Position numbers and translations under genes: made by a program. The notes under the pieces were generated by a model. It ran no database searches. It had not been told where the DNA came from and saw nothing but the letters and a program-made list of their open reading frames with translations. A DNA stretch of 64,000 nucleotides, taken from NCBI GenBank assembly GCA_037130655.1, contig JBAXSP010000001.1, forward strand, positions 37,641 through 101,640. The letters are read 5' to 3'. This stretch comes from a bacterium. GTDB taxonomy: Bacteria > Patescibacteriota > Minisyncoccia > Phycocordibacterales > UBA9973. This document shows positions 8,359-16,840 of the stretch, in pieces (position 1 is the first letter of the stretch; each line of letters opens with the position of its first letter).

Positions 8359-8775
8359 TGCAACCGGATTTTGATTAGGTAATTGAAAATAAAACGGAAT
8401 TTCTTCGTCGCCAGTACTTTCATCAAAAAATGATCCGTATACATCATACTGATCAAGTAAATTTATTTTTTTTACCAATGATGTTATTTCATCTTCAAAA
8501 AATGGATGAAAAGAAAATACAACCGAATTGATTTTTTCTTCCTCAAAAAATGACTGTATTTCTGATTCAAAGTATTTGATATCCTTCATCCATTTATCTA
8601 TCTTTTTATCAAAAGAAGCGTAATCTAAATAATAAAAATCAATACTTTTTTTCTCGATTTCCGATTCAATAATACCTTTTATTCTGTTATCAATCATACA
8701 AAGTATTGAACAAGAATTTGTAAGGAAATCAGGGACAATGTCGAGCATTGGACAGAGTAATATTATTTTTTTCAT
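8350..8775 (-). CDS. hypothetical protein (AT-rich)
   Basis: 141-aa acidic ORF on the minus strand. No recognisable domain. Confidence 0.4.
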   Translation of the reverse strand: MKKIILLCPMLDIVPDFLTNSCSILCMIDNRIKGIIESEIEKKSIDFYYLDYASFDKKIDKWMKDIKYFESEIQSFFEEEKINSVVFSFHPFFEDEITSLVKKINLLDQYDVYGSFFDESTGDEEIPFYFQLPNQNPVAQN

Positions 8776-8930
8776 TGAGCCTATATGTTTTAAACCTTAC
8801 TAACAATACTCCTTTTTAATAAAATTGTCACATCTTCCAAAAATCAGCTTTTTGAGGTATTATTTTGATGTTGCATTATCGCGCAACAAAGCGAGTGATT
8901 ATGCTGTTTTGGTAGATAACGTAATAGAGC

Positions 8931-9003
8931 GAGCGATTAGCTCAGTTGGTAGAGCGTCTCATTGACGTTGAGAAGGCCACAGATTCGAATTCTGTATCGC
9001 TCA
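8931..9003 (+). tRNA. tRNA-Val (anticodon GAC), no encoded CCA
   Basis: Acceptor GAGCGAT/ATCGCTC, D-arm GCTC-AGTTGGTA-GAGC, anticodon loop TTGACGT, T-loop TTCGAAT. Confidence 0.88.
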
Positions 9004-9004
9004 C

Positions 9005-9036
9005 AAAAAAAAACCACCCTATACAGGGTGGTTTTG
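9005..9036. terminator. bidirectional terminator (CCACCCTATACAGGGTGG with A-run and T-run) shared by tRNA-Val and gmk
   Basis: Hairpin flanked by A9 and T4. Overlaps the gmk stop codon. Confidence 0.7.
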
Positions 9037-9639
9037 CATTTTTACAAAATCAGTAATGATTTTTTCAAATTCGTCTTTTGCTTGTTCGAGCATACCGGCT
9101 TTGTTTCTAACAGAAACATCAAATTTTCTTCTTTCGTGTAATTCTCTTGTTGCCAAAGCGAGTCTTAATTTGATCTCTTCAGGATTGTCTCGTCCACGTT
9201 TTTTGATACGAGTTTCAAGCTCATCGAGATCAGCAAACACAAAAACACTTTTGATTTGATCAGGATATCTTGCTTTTAAAGCAAGTGCTCCGTTTACATC
9301 ACAAACATGAATCGGAATTTTTCCTTTTCTTACACAACCGCGTAACTCTAAAAAAGTAAGTCCGTAAAAAGTTCCGGACTTTGCTAAATCATTTGTTTCA
9401 ATGAATTCATTAGCAGTAACTCTTTTTTGAAATTCTTCTTTTGTTAAGAAAAAGTAATCAACACCATTTGTTTCAGTTTGACCTGGTTCACGTGTTGTAC
9501 AAGTCACTGTTTTAACAAAAGCAGGATTTCTAGCAATAATAGCTTCAACGATCGTTGTTTTACCAACACCACAAGAAGGGCCGGTGAGGACAATCATTTT
9601 GAATGACGGGTCATCGAAAGGGTTTATTAGATTATTCAT
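9019..9639 (-). CDS. gmk: guanylate kinase
   Basis: P-loop GPSCGVGKTT and conserved TTREPR(P)GE-like guanylate kinase core; 206 aa. Confidence 0.9.
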   Translation of the reverse strand: MNNLINPFDDPSFKMIVLTGPSCGVGKTTIVEAIIARNPAFVKTVTCTTREPGQTETNGVDYFFLTKEEFQKRVTANEFIETNDLAKSGTFYGLTFLELRGCVRKGKIPIHVCDVNGALALKARYPDQIKSVFVFADLDELETRIKKRGRDNPEEIKLRLALATRELHERRKFDVSVRNKAGMLEQAKDEFEKIITDFVKMQNHPV

Positions 9640-9725
9640 TACTACTATTTATTTTTTTATTCCAAATATACAATAGTGTAAAAAAGTGTATTTGTCAAAT
9701 TAATCAATTGTGATACGATACCTAT

Positions 9726-10928
9726 ATGAAAATTCTCTCTGTCGAAACAAGTTGTGACGAAACAGCCATTTCAATACTCGAATGTAGTGGTGATTTGAAT
9801 TCGCCCAATTTTTCTATTCTCGGAAACGTTGTCGCCTCACAAGCAGAATTACACGCACAATACGGCGGTGTCTTCCCTGCTATGGCCAAACGCGAACACG
9901 CAAAAAATATTTGGCCGGTGTGTAGCGAAGTTTTGAAGCAATCAAAACTTTTTCATACACAAGAAGTAACCGCTCTTTCCGAAGATAAACAAAATCAACT
10001 CAAAGAAATTCTTGCTCGGGAAGAAAACCTTTACGAAATTTTTATCAATGAAATTTCACTCTTAGAAAAACCTGATATCGATTATATCGGAGTCACAACT
10101 GGTCCAGGACTTGAACCAGCGCTGTGGGTTGGTATTTCTTTTGCCAAAGCACTTGGTGTGCTGTGGGATATTCCAGTATTACCAGTCAATCACATGGAAG
10201 GACACATTCTCTCTGTATTACTTGCACCAGATGCTCGTGAAGTAACTTTTCCTGCACTATCACTCCTCATTTCTGGTGGACACACAGAACTTGTTTTGAT
10301 CAAAAGCTGGGGTGATTATACAAAAATCGGCCACACGCTCGATGACGCAATCGGTGAAGCGTTCGACAAAGTCGCCCGTATTCTCGGGCTCCCATACCCA
10401 GGCGGTCCACACATTTCCCGTCTCGCAAAAATGCACCGAGAACAATTCCCACAATTTGAACCCGTCAAAAAACTTCCTCGTCCAATGATCCACACCAAAG
10501 ATTTTGATTTTTCTTTTTCAGGTATCAAAACAGCCGTACTCTATACAGTAAACGGACAAACACAAAATCCAGGAATGACTCATGATTTTGTATTGGACGA
10601 GCAAACCAAACAAGCAATCGCTCGCGATTTCGAAGATGCGGTTACTGAAGTATTGGTACACAAAACAATGCGAGCTATGCAAGAATACGGATGCGAAACG
10701 TTGATTGTCGGAGGCGGAGTTTCTGCAAACACCTACATCAAAGCAGTACTAACAAAAAAAGTATTGGACTTGAACGAAAACGCAAAAGTATATTTTCCCG
10801 AACAAGAACTCTCAACCGACAATTCTTTGATGATCGGTATTGCGACGTATTTCACTATTCTCAAACAAAAAACCGCCCCAAGCGAACAAGATACTAATCT
10901 TGTCGCTCGTGGCGGGTGGTCACTCTAG
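9726..10928 (+). CDS. tsaD: tRNA N6-adenosine threonylcarbamoyltransferase TsaD (Kae1/Gcp family), with a ~50-aa lineage-specific insertion
   Basis: MKILSVETSCDETA N-terminus, metal-binding HMEGH motif and GG.SAN C-terminal motif. 400 aa against a typical ~340. Confidence 0.85.
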   Translation: MKILSVETSCDETAISILECSGDLNSPNFSILGNVVASQAELHAQYGGVFPAMAKREHAKNIWPVCSEVLKQSKLFHTQEVTALSEDKQNQLKEILAREENLYEIFINEISLLEKPDIDYIGVTTGPGLEPALWVGISFAKALGVLWDIPVLPVNHMEGHILSVLLAPDAREVTFPALSLLISGGHTELVLIKSWGDYTKIGHTLDDAIGEAFDKVARILGLPYPGGPHISRLAKMHREQFPQFEPVKKLPRPMIHTKDFDFSFSGIKTAVLYTVNGQTQNPGMTHDFVLDEQTKQAIARDFEDAVTEVLVHKTMRAMQEYGCETLIVGGGVSANTYIKAVLTKKVLDLNENAKVYFPEQELSTDNSLMIGIATYFTILKQKTAPSEQDTNLVARGGWSL

Positions 10929-11605
10929 CAATCTCCATGACCTGGTGCTATAAGAGTACCTGATCCAGTAGAATACTTTTTAGGTACTTTAGCGAGTAAA
11001 AACGGAGCGAGTCGAACTTCAAGAGATTCCTGAAATCCTTCCTTGCTATACACATTATTTTCTATGTGAATATTAGCAAGTTTAATTGTTTCAGCTAAGT
11101 TCAATAGCCAAGGTTCTGGTGCACATTCTTTGTAATCAAGATCAATAAACTGCTCAAGTGTTTTGATATTGTCAGTAAGAGTTCCTCTTTTCTTTGCCCA
11201 TTCAAAACGATGTTCTGCCTGTGCTGTTACTGAAATCAATAAACCATTTTGATTACTGATATATCTTGCTTCATCAACACGGCGAACAGAATCAATAATC
11301 AAAATTTCCCTTTTTTCAACATATGCTCTTGAGTGAAAATTTTTACAATAGACATCACCACCAAAACGTTCGGTGTATTCATTTGAAAATTTACTCAAAG
11401 CAGGTCTGTCGAGCAAATCTATTTGTCTTTGCTCTTTCTCAGCGACATGTTTTGCAATCGCGAGAATCTCTTCTCTTGTATTGATGTATTGAATACTGTA
11501 ATTAGAAAAACGACGTTGAATATATTTACTTAATGCACTTTTTCCTGCACAATTTTCACCGGTAATACCGATAATAAAAACAGTTGTTTCCATGTATATA
11601 TACAT
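10925..11605 (-). CDS. P-loop nucleotide/nucleoside kinase-like protein (dephospho-CoA-kinase-like fold)
   Basis: Walker A GITGENCAGKS close to the N-terminus when started at the internal Met (MYIYMETTVFIIG). The longer ORF-track N-terminus is unlikely. Confidence 0.45.
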   Translation of the reverse strand: MYIYMETTVFIIGITGENCAGKSALSKYIQRRFSNYSIQYINTREEILAIAKHVAEKEQRQIDLLDRPALSKFSNEYTERFGGDVYCKNFHSRAYVEKREILIIDSVRRVDEARYISNQNGLLISVTAQAEHRFEWAKKRGTLTDNIKTLEQFIDLDYKECAPEPWLLNLAETIKLANIHIENNVYSKEGFQESLEVRLAPFLLAKVPKKYSTGSGTLIAPGHGDC

Positions 11606-11654
11606 TTTTAATCCGAAAAAACTATACCACAAATAAACAAAAAGAAAAACCGTC

Positions 11655-12269
11655 CTAAGACGGTTTTGATAACACAGTAGACATTCCAAGAATATCAACT
11701 GCTAAATAATTTTTAACAGAAACATTCCCCTTACTATCAGGTAAATCGAACGCCTGACAAAAATGGTGTAAATCATCATTTTTGTCATAAGCATCATTCC
11801 ATGCCCTTCTGATTAAATGATTTTCGTTCGCCAACTCTTTGAGCTTAAACAAAAAAGCAGTTAAGCCTGGAGTCACCGTTGGACGGAGATTTTCATACAA
11901 AAACACTTCTTTCCACGAAACAAAAAATTCTCTTCTTCCGTTTTCAAAAGGAATAAAGGCGTTTTTTAGTCGAGAAATCAAAAAATAATGAGTCATTTTT
12001 TGATTCTCATCATCATCTCGTTTTTTAACAATCTCATAAAAAACTGTTTTGTTACCAAGTGTTAACTTTGAAGCAGAAGGAACCTCTTCATCAAACTCTC
12101 TCTCGAATGTTTTAATCATTGAACCAGCATCCACCTTGGCCTCTTTTCCTCCAGGAAAGCCGATTGTTCCATCATTGTTTCTAACAAGTAGAATTTTTAA
12201 TTCTCCTTCCTTTAAAACGTACACAATACCTGAAACGGTATATGTGTTGATAAAATCTTTTACTACCAT
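11655..12269 (-). CDS. NUDIX hydrolase
   Basis: Nudix box GFPGGKEAKVDAGSMIKTFEREFDEEV (G-x5-E-x7-REUxEExGU pattern). Confidence 0.8.
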   Translation of the reverse strand: MVVKDFINTYTVSGIVYVLKEGELKILLVRNNDGTIGFPGGKEAKVDAGSMIKTFEREFDEEVPSASKLTLGNKTVFYEIVKKRDDDENQKMTHYFLISRLKNAFIPFENGRREFFVSWKEVFLYENLRPTVTPGLTAFLFKLKELANENHLIRRAWNDAYDKNDDLHHFCQAFDLPDSKGNVSVKNYLAVDILGMSTVLSKPS

Positions 12270-12366
12270 AATACTATATTTTGTTTTTTAAAATGCCGTT
12301 TTTATCATACTGTATTTTATATGTTATGTCAAATACTACATCCAGCACTGTCAAATATCTTTAAAA

Positions 12367-14637
12367 ATGTTATATTCTATAGATATTATGAAGCCAGAAT
12401 ATCAAGAACCAAATATTGACCCGAAACTATTAGCACCATACAACCCGACTGAAACAGAACGTCGGATTTACAAGATGTGGGAAGACTCTGGATTGTTCAA
12501 TCCGGATATTTGTGTTGAAAAGGGTTACACTGCCCCGGATGCAAAACCATACAGTATCATTATGCCTCCACCGAATGCGACAGGTACACTACATATGGGA
12601 CACGCACTTGGCTTAACAGTTCAAGATATTTTTACTCGTTACAAAAGAATGAATGGTTTTCGTACACTACTTCTTCCGGGAACAGACCATGCATCTATAG
12701 CAACACAATCAAAAGTTGAAAAAGAAATTCAAAAAAATGAAAAGAAAAGTCGTCACGATTTGGGACGAGAAGAAATGCTTCGTCGTATCGATGAATTTGT
12801 AGCAGGTAGTCGCAAAACTATTACCGAGCAAACCAAAATTATTGGAACTTCTTGTGATTGGAGTCGTGAAGCTTTTACGCTCGACAAAGAACGAAATATT
12901 GCGGTCAATACATTGTTCAAAAAAATGTATGATGATGGACTTATTTATCGCGGACACCGCATCGTCAACTGGGATCCAAAAGGACAAACAACTATTGCTG
13001 ATGACGAAATTGTTTACGAGGAACGCAAAGCAAAACTTTATACATTCAAATACAGCAAAGACTTCCCTATTGCTATTTCAACAACTCGACCAGAAACAAA
13101 AATTGGTGACACTGCCGTTGCTGTTAATCCAGACGACACTCGTTACAAAGACCTTGTTGGCAAAGAATATGATTTGGAGTTTTGTGGTGTACAAATACAC
13201 ATCAAAATAATCGCTGACAAAGAAGTTGATATGGAGTTTGGTACTGGAGCACTCGGAGTGACACCTGCTCACTCAATCATTGACTGGGAAATTGCTGACA
13301 GACACAATCTTCCTCGCCCACAAGTAATCAACGAGTACGCAAAAATGATGCTCGGTGACGAACGATTACTTGGTAAAAAAACAACTGAAGCACGCGAAAT
13401 TATTGTGGAATGGCTTCGCTCTGAAAGTCTATTAGAAAAAGAAGAAGACATCACTCAAAATATCAGTACCGCTGAACGAACAGGTGGTATTGTTGAACCA
13501 CTACCGAAACTGCAATGGTTCGTCGCGGTAAACAAAAAAATTCCAGGCAAAGGTAAGACATTAAAAGATATTATGCGTGAAGCAGTAGCTGATAAAAAAA
13601 TTACTATCCTACCTGAACACTTCGAAAAGACTTATTTCCACTGGATAGAAAACTTACGCGACTGGTGTATTTCTCGACAAATTTGGTACGGACATCGAAT
13701 TCCTGTGTGGTACCGTTCGACTGACGCTCACGGCAGACAAAACGGTAAGTCGAGTGAAATCGAGACTTATTGTGGAACAACTGCTCCCGAAGGTGAAGGA
13801 TGGGAACAAGATGCTGACACACTCGACACATGGTTCTCTTCTGGAACATGGACATTCTCAACACTTGGATGGCCAAATCAAACCAAAGACTTAGAAACAT
13901 ACCATCCGACAAGTTTAATGATTCACGCGTATGAAATCTTGTTCTTTTGGAGCGCGAGAATGATTCTTATGACAGGTTATGTACTAGATACGGTTCCATT
14001 CCATACACTCTATTTGACCGGTGTTATCCGTGACAACCAAGGAAGAAAGTTTTCAAAATCACTTGGTAACGGCATTGATCCAATAGAAATTGCAGAAAAG
14101 TTTGGTAGTGATGCAGGACGCATGGCGCTTATTATTGGTGCGGCAGCGGGCACCGATAGTAAAATCGATGAAAACAAAATCAAAGGCTACAAAAACTTCG
14201 CCAACAAACTTTGGAACATCACTCGCTTTATTTTGTCATACCAAGAAGGTAATGACGCACAGGCAGACTTCTCACAATCAGTTTATGAAAAAGAACAATA
14301 CGAAGCGTGGCAAGCAACACTTGCTGATGTGACAACTGATATCGAAAACTTCCGCCTCCACCTTGCATCAGAAAAACTCTATCATTACAGCTGGCACACC
14401 TTTGCCGATATTCTTCTTGAAGATGCAAAAGCAGTATTTTTGAGTGACGATCAACATGCAAAAAATATTCGTTTCCAGTTCCTGATAACTCTATGGAAAG
14501 AAGTTATCACCGCATTGCACCCGTTTATTCCATTTGTTACTGAAGAGATTTGGAGCTTGTTACCAAAAGACGAACAAGAAAAAGATGCTATACTTATGGT
14601 ATCAGTATGGCCATCACAGCGTATCAACAAACAATAA
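12367..14637 (+). CDS. valS: valine--tRNA ligase (short form lacking the long C-terminal coiled coil)
   Basis: HIGH-region PPPNATGTLHMGHAL and KMSKS-like KFSKSLGN; editing domain present; 756 aa. Start ambiguous between 12367 and 12388. Confidence 0.85.
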   Translation: MLYSIDIMKPEYQEPNIDPKLLAPYNPTETERRIYKMWEDSGLFNPDICVEKGYTAPDAKPYSIIMPPPNATGTLHMGHALGLTVQDIFTRYKRMNGFRTLLLPGTDHASIATQSKVEKEIQKNEKKSRHDLGREEMLRRIDEFVAGSRKTITEQTKIIGTSCDWSREAFTLDKERNIAVNTLFKKMYDDGLIYRGHRIVNWDPKGQTTIADDEIVYEERKAKLYTFKYSKDFPIAISTTRPETKIGDTAVAVNPDDTRYKDLVGKEYDLEFCGVQIHIKIIADKEVDMEFGTGALGVTPAHSIIDWEIADRHNLPRPQVINEYAKMMLGDERLLGKKTTEAREIIVEWLRSESLLEKEEDITQNISTAERTGGIVEPLPKLQWFVAVNKKIPGKGKTLKDIMREAVADKKITILPEHFEKTYFHWIENLRDWCISRQIWYGHRIPVWYRSTDAHGRQNGKSSEIETYCGTTAPEGEGWEQDADTLDTWFSSGTWTFSTLGWPNQTKDLETYHPTSLMIHAYEILFFWSARMILMTGYVLDTVPFHTLYLTGVIRDNQGRKFSKSLGNGIDPIEIAEKFGSDAGRMALIIGAAAGTDSKIDENKIKGYKNFANKLWNITRFILSYQEGNDAQADFSQSVYEKEQYEAWQATLADVTTDIENFRLHLASEKLYHYSWHTFADILLEDAKAVFLSDDQHAKNIRFQFLITLWKEVITALHPFIPFVTEEIWSLLPKDEQEKDAILMVSVWPSQRINKQ

Positions 14638-15299
14638 TCATTGCTGTATTATCTGGTGTTATTCCAACACTACTGTGGTTACGTTTTTGGCTTAATGAAG
14701 ACAGAGAAAGAAGTGAACCCCGTGTTCTTATCTTTCTCTGTTTTTTAGTTGGAGGACTTGGTGTATTACTTGCTACCCCACTTGAAAAATTTGTCGCAAC
14801 AATCATCACTGACCGAACAACTTCTATTGCTATTTGGGCAGGAATCGAAGAAGTCATCAAATATTTTTCTGTTGCAATTATCGCTTTTGGTACCAGCGCA
14901 CTTGATGAACCGATTGATTATCCGATGTATCTGATTGCTGGAGCACTTGGTTTTGCTGCAGTTGAAAATACGTTTTTCTTAATCAAACCTATTCTCGCAG
15001 GACAAGCAACAATTTCTTTCATTACTAGCAACTTACGTTTTCTTGGCTCAACATTATTGCACGCAGTTGCAAGTGCGTTGATTGGTATATTCCTCGGTCT
15101 AGCGTTCTACGAAACAAAAGCGGTACGCAAAATTTATTTTTTATTTGGAATGATTGGAGCTATTGCATTGCATACTGTGTTTAATTTTTTTATAATAGAT
15201 AACGAGAACAAAAACATGTGGAACGTATTTGGTTTTCTTTGGGTGATTGGAATTATTGTTGTTCTCTTGCTTGAAAAACTAAAGCGTATGCGTGAATAA
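14607..15299 (+). CDS. PrsW-family intramembrane protease-like membrane protein
   Basis: Multi-TM protein with EEVIKYF, AVENTFF and HAVASA/HTVFN motifs that resemble the PrsW EExxK / FxxxE / HxxxN set. Start moved to the internal Met; the 5' end overlaps the valS 3' end. Confidence 0.55.
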   Translation: MAITAYQQTIIIAVLSGVIPTLLWLRFWLNEDRERSEPRVLIFLCFLVGGLGVLLATPLEKFVATIITDRTTSIAIWAGIEEVIKYFSVAIIAFGTSALDEPIDYPMYLIAGALGFAAVENTFFLIKPILAGQATISFITSNLRFLGSTLLHAVASALIGIFLGLAFYETKAVRKIYFLFGMIGAIALHTVFNFFIIDNENKNMWNVFGFLWVIGIIVVLLLEKLKRMRE

Positions 15300-15322
15300 T
15301 ATTTATTAAATAATTTTTATAT

Positions 15323-15850
15323 ATGTTAAAAAAAAGATCTTTCTTCGAACGACTCACTGGTGGTATCAGACTTGAAGACGAAGTCCAACCAAAACCAAAC
15401 ACACAACCAACAAAAAGTCCTGCAATGGAAATGCCGGCAATGAAAAAGTCTGTGACAATTACACCGAAAGAAGCTGAGAATTTCTCAAAACCGATTGAAA
15501 TCAAAGAACCAGAAGTAGAAGAAGGTCAACTCACTGTTGATGTATATCAAACAACCACCGAAATCATCGTACAAACAATGGTGGCGGGTGTACGACCAGA
15601 AGATCTACAAATCAACATTACCCGTGACCAAGTCACTATTCGTGGTAAACGTGAAGAAAACAAAACAATCACCGATGAACAATTTTTCATCAAAGAACTT
15701 TATTGGGGTGCATTCTCTCGAACAGTTCTACTGCCACAAGAAGTAGAACCCGATATGGCAGAAGCCATCGAAAAACACGGACTCCTTATCATTAAGATTC
15801 CAAAGATTGATAAGAGTAAACAAACTACGTTGAAAGTAAAATCGATCTAA
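15323..15850 (+). CDS. Hsp20/alpha-crystallin family small heat shock protein
   Basis: Alpha-crystallin domain (DVYQT..EIIVQ..VAGVRPEDLQINI..VTIRGKRE...F.R...LP) with an N-terminal Pro/Thr-rich region. Confidence 0.8.
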   Translation: MLKKRSFFERLTGGIRLEDEVQPKPNTQPTKSPAMEMPAMKKSVTITPKEAENFSKPIEIKEPEVEEGQLTVDVYQTTTEIIVQTMVAGVRPEDLQINITRDQVTIRGKREENKTITDEQFFIKELYWGAFSRTVLLPQEVEPDMAEAIEKHGLLIIKIPKIDKSKQTTLKVKSI

Positions 15851-15853
15851 AAT

Positions 15854-15881
15854 AAAAAAACCACCAACTGGTGGTTTTTTT
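15854..15881 (+). terminator. rho-independent terminator after the hsp20 gene
   Basis: AAAAAAACCACCAACTGGTGGTTTTTTT. Confidence 0.7.
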
Positions 15882-15942
15882 ATTTTGACTTACACATCAT
15901 TGTCTGTTATATTTCGTAAGGCGTTATTTAAAAAAATACATA

Positions 15943-16347
15943 ATGAAAACCTCCACACTCCACATATTGCTGGCAGTATTCTCGTTTTTTATTACCTTGT
16001 CTTTTTCACAAGTTAAAAAACAAGTTTCGTTCACACCTGAAAAATTCGAAGCAATACTCTTCGATAGTTCGGATGAGCACTTTAGTGCTGAAATAGTCCT
16101 TGATCCATTGAGAGACAGATATATCATACTGATCGAAGGTGTTGGCACAAAAACAAAAGAAGCCAAAGCCACATTCGAACATTTCCTTGAAACAGGAATA
16201 AAAGATATGATCGTCACAATCAACTCAAAAGAAAAAATTAGTGTCTGGAAAGTTATCCGCGAAACTAAAAAACCGCAAACATCTTCTGGACGTATTACTC
16301 CTGAAATGATGCAATTGTTATTCAGTGGCCCTTGGAGCCACAACTAA
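15943..16347 (+). CDS. hypothetical secreted protein
   Basis: 134 aa with an N-terminal signal-like hydrophobic segment. Terminator at 16347-16376. Confidence 0.5.
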   Translation: MKTSTLHILLAVFSFFITLSFSQVKKQVSFTPEKFEAILFDSSDEHFSAEIVLDPLRDRYIILIEGVGTKTKEAKATFEHFLETGIKDMIVTINSKEKISVWKVIRETKKPQTSSGRITPEMMQLLFSGPWSHN

Positions 16348-16442
16348 TCCCCTAACTCAATCGGGGATTTTTTTTATTTCACCTAGTATACCAGAAGAGC
16401 CATTCTGATGAATGAGCAGTGTGTGTGTCGGATAAACCTATA

Positions 16443-16471
16443 TTGAAAAAATGGAACAAATAAGCTATAAT
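16443..16471 (+). promoter_or_regulatory. consensus sigma70 promoter (TTGAAA-17 nt-TATAAT) upstream of tRNA-Phe
   Basis: -35 TTGAAA at 16443-16448, a 17-nt spacer, then -10 TATAAT at 16466-16471. Read directly from the sequence. Confidence 0.6.
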
Positions 16472-16564
16472 CAAAAAAGTGCATATATTGCTTGGATAGT
16501 TATTTTGGTAGGTATACGCAACGGAAAAAATCTGATATTATTGAAACCATTGAAATACACATAT

Positions 16565-16640
16565 GCTTGGATAGCTCAGTTGGTAGAGCGCTCCCCTGAA
16601 GAGGGATAGGTCCCCAGTTCGAGCCTGGGTCCAAGCACCA
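16565..16640 (+). tRNA. tRNA-Phe (anticodon GAA), CCA encoded
   Basis: Acceptor GCTTGGA/TCCAAGC, D-arm GCTC-AGTTGGTA-GAGC, anticodon loop CTGAAGA, T-arm CCCAG-TTCGAGC-CTGGG, 3' ACCA. Confidence 0.9.
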
Positions 16641-16670
16641 TATAAAAACCACGGAATTCCCGTGGTTTTT

Positions 16671-16840
16671 ATATGGTGCTTGGAAAGTAAATGAACTGCT
16701 TCATTTACGACAGACTCGAAAGACGGAGACATGGTTTTCGTTAGAAAACAGTCGAGTCGGGGTCGAGAGTACTTAGCAGAATTCGAACAAAGTGAAGAAT
16801 TCTAGTTAGTAACTCGTGACCGAGCCTGGGTTCCAAGCAC
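16671..16840 (+). ncRNA. tRNA-3'-linked conserved structured element, copy B
   Basis: Blocks UUACGAC, GAGUCGGGGUCGAGAGUACUUAG and UUAGUAACUCGUGAC. Terminal helix GUGCUUGGAA/UUCCAAGCAC. Ends with an 18/19-nt copy of the tRNA-Phe 3' end. Confidence 0.45.

Noticed and set aside
12270-12366. T-box riboswitch leaders upstream of valS (and leuS at 26898-26990).
   Set aside because: Intergenic regions are under 100 nt, with no specifier/antiterminator architecture or the AGGGTGGNACCGCG T-box sequence.
16538-16732. ORF 16538..16732(-), 64 aa, across tRNA-Phe.
   Set aside because: Entirely antisense to the tRNA-Phe gene and its palindromic 3' hairpin.
16822-16840. Direct repeat of the tRNA-Phe 3' end, 180 nt downstream of the tRNA, as attR of an integrated mobile element.
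   Set aside because: The enclosed segment is only ~180 nt and non-coding. It is homologous to elements at two other tRNAs that lack such a repeat. It shows compensatory substitutions indicating a functional structure. No integrase or recombinase is nearby. It is kept as part of the element B finding rather than called a mobile element.
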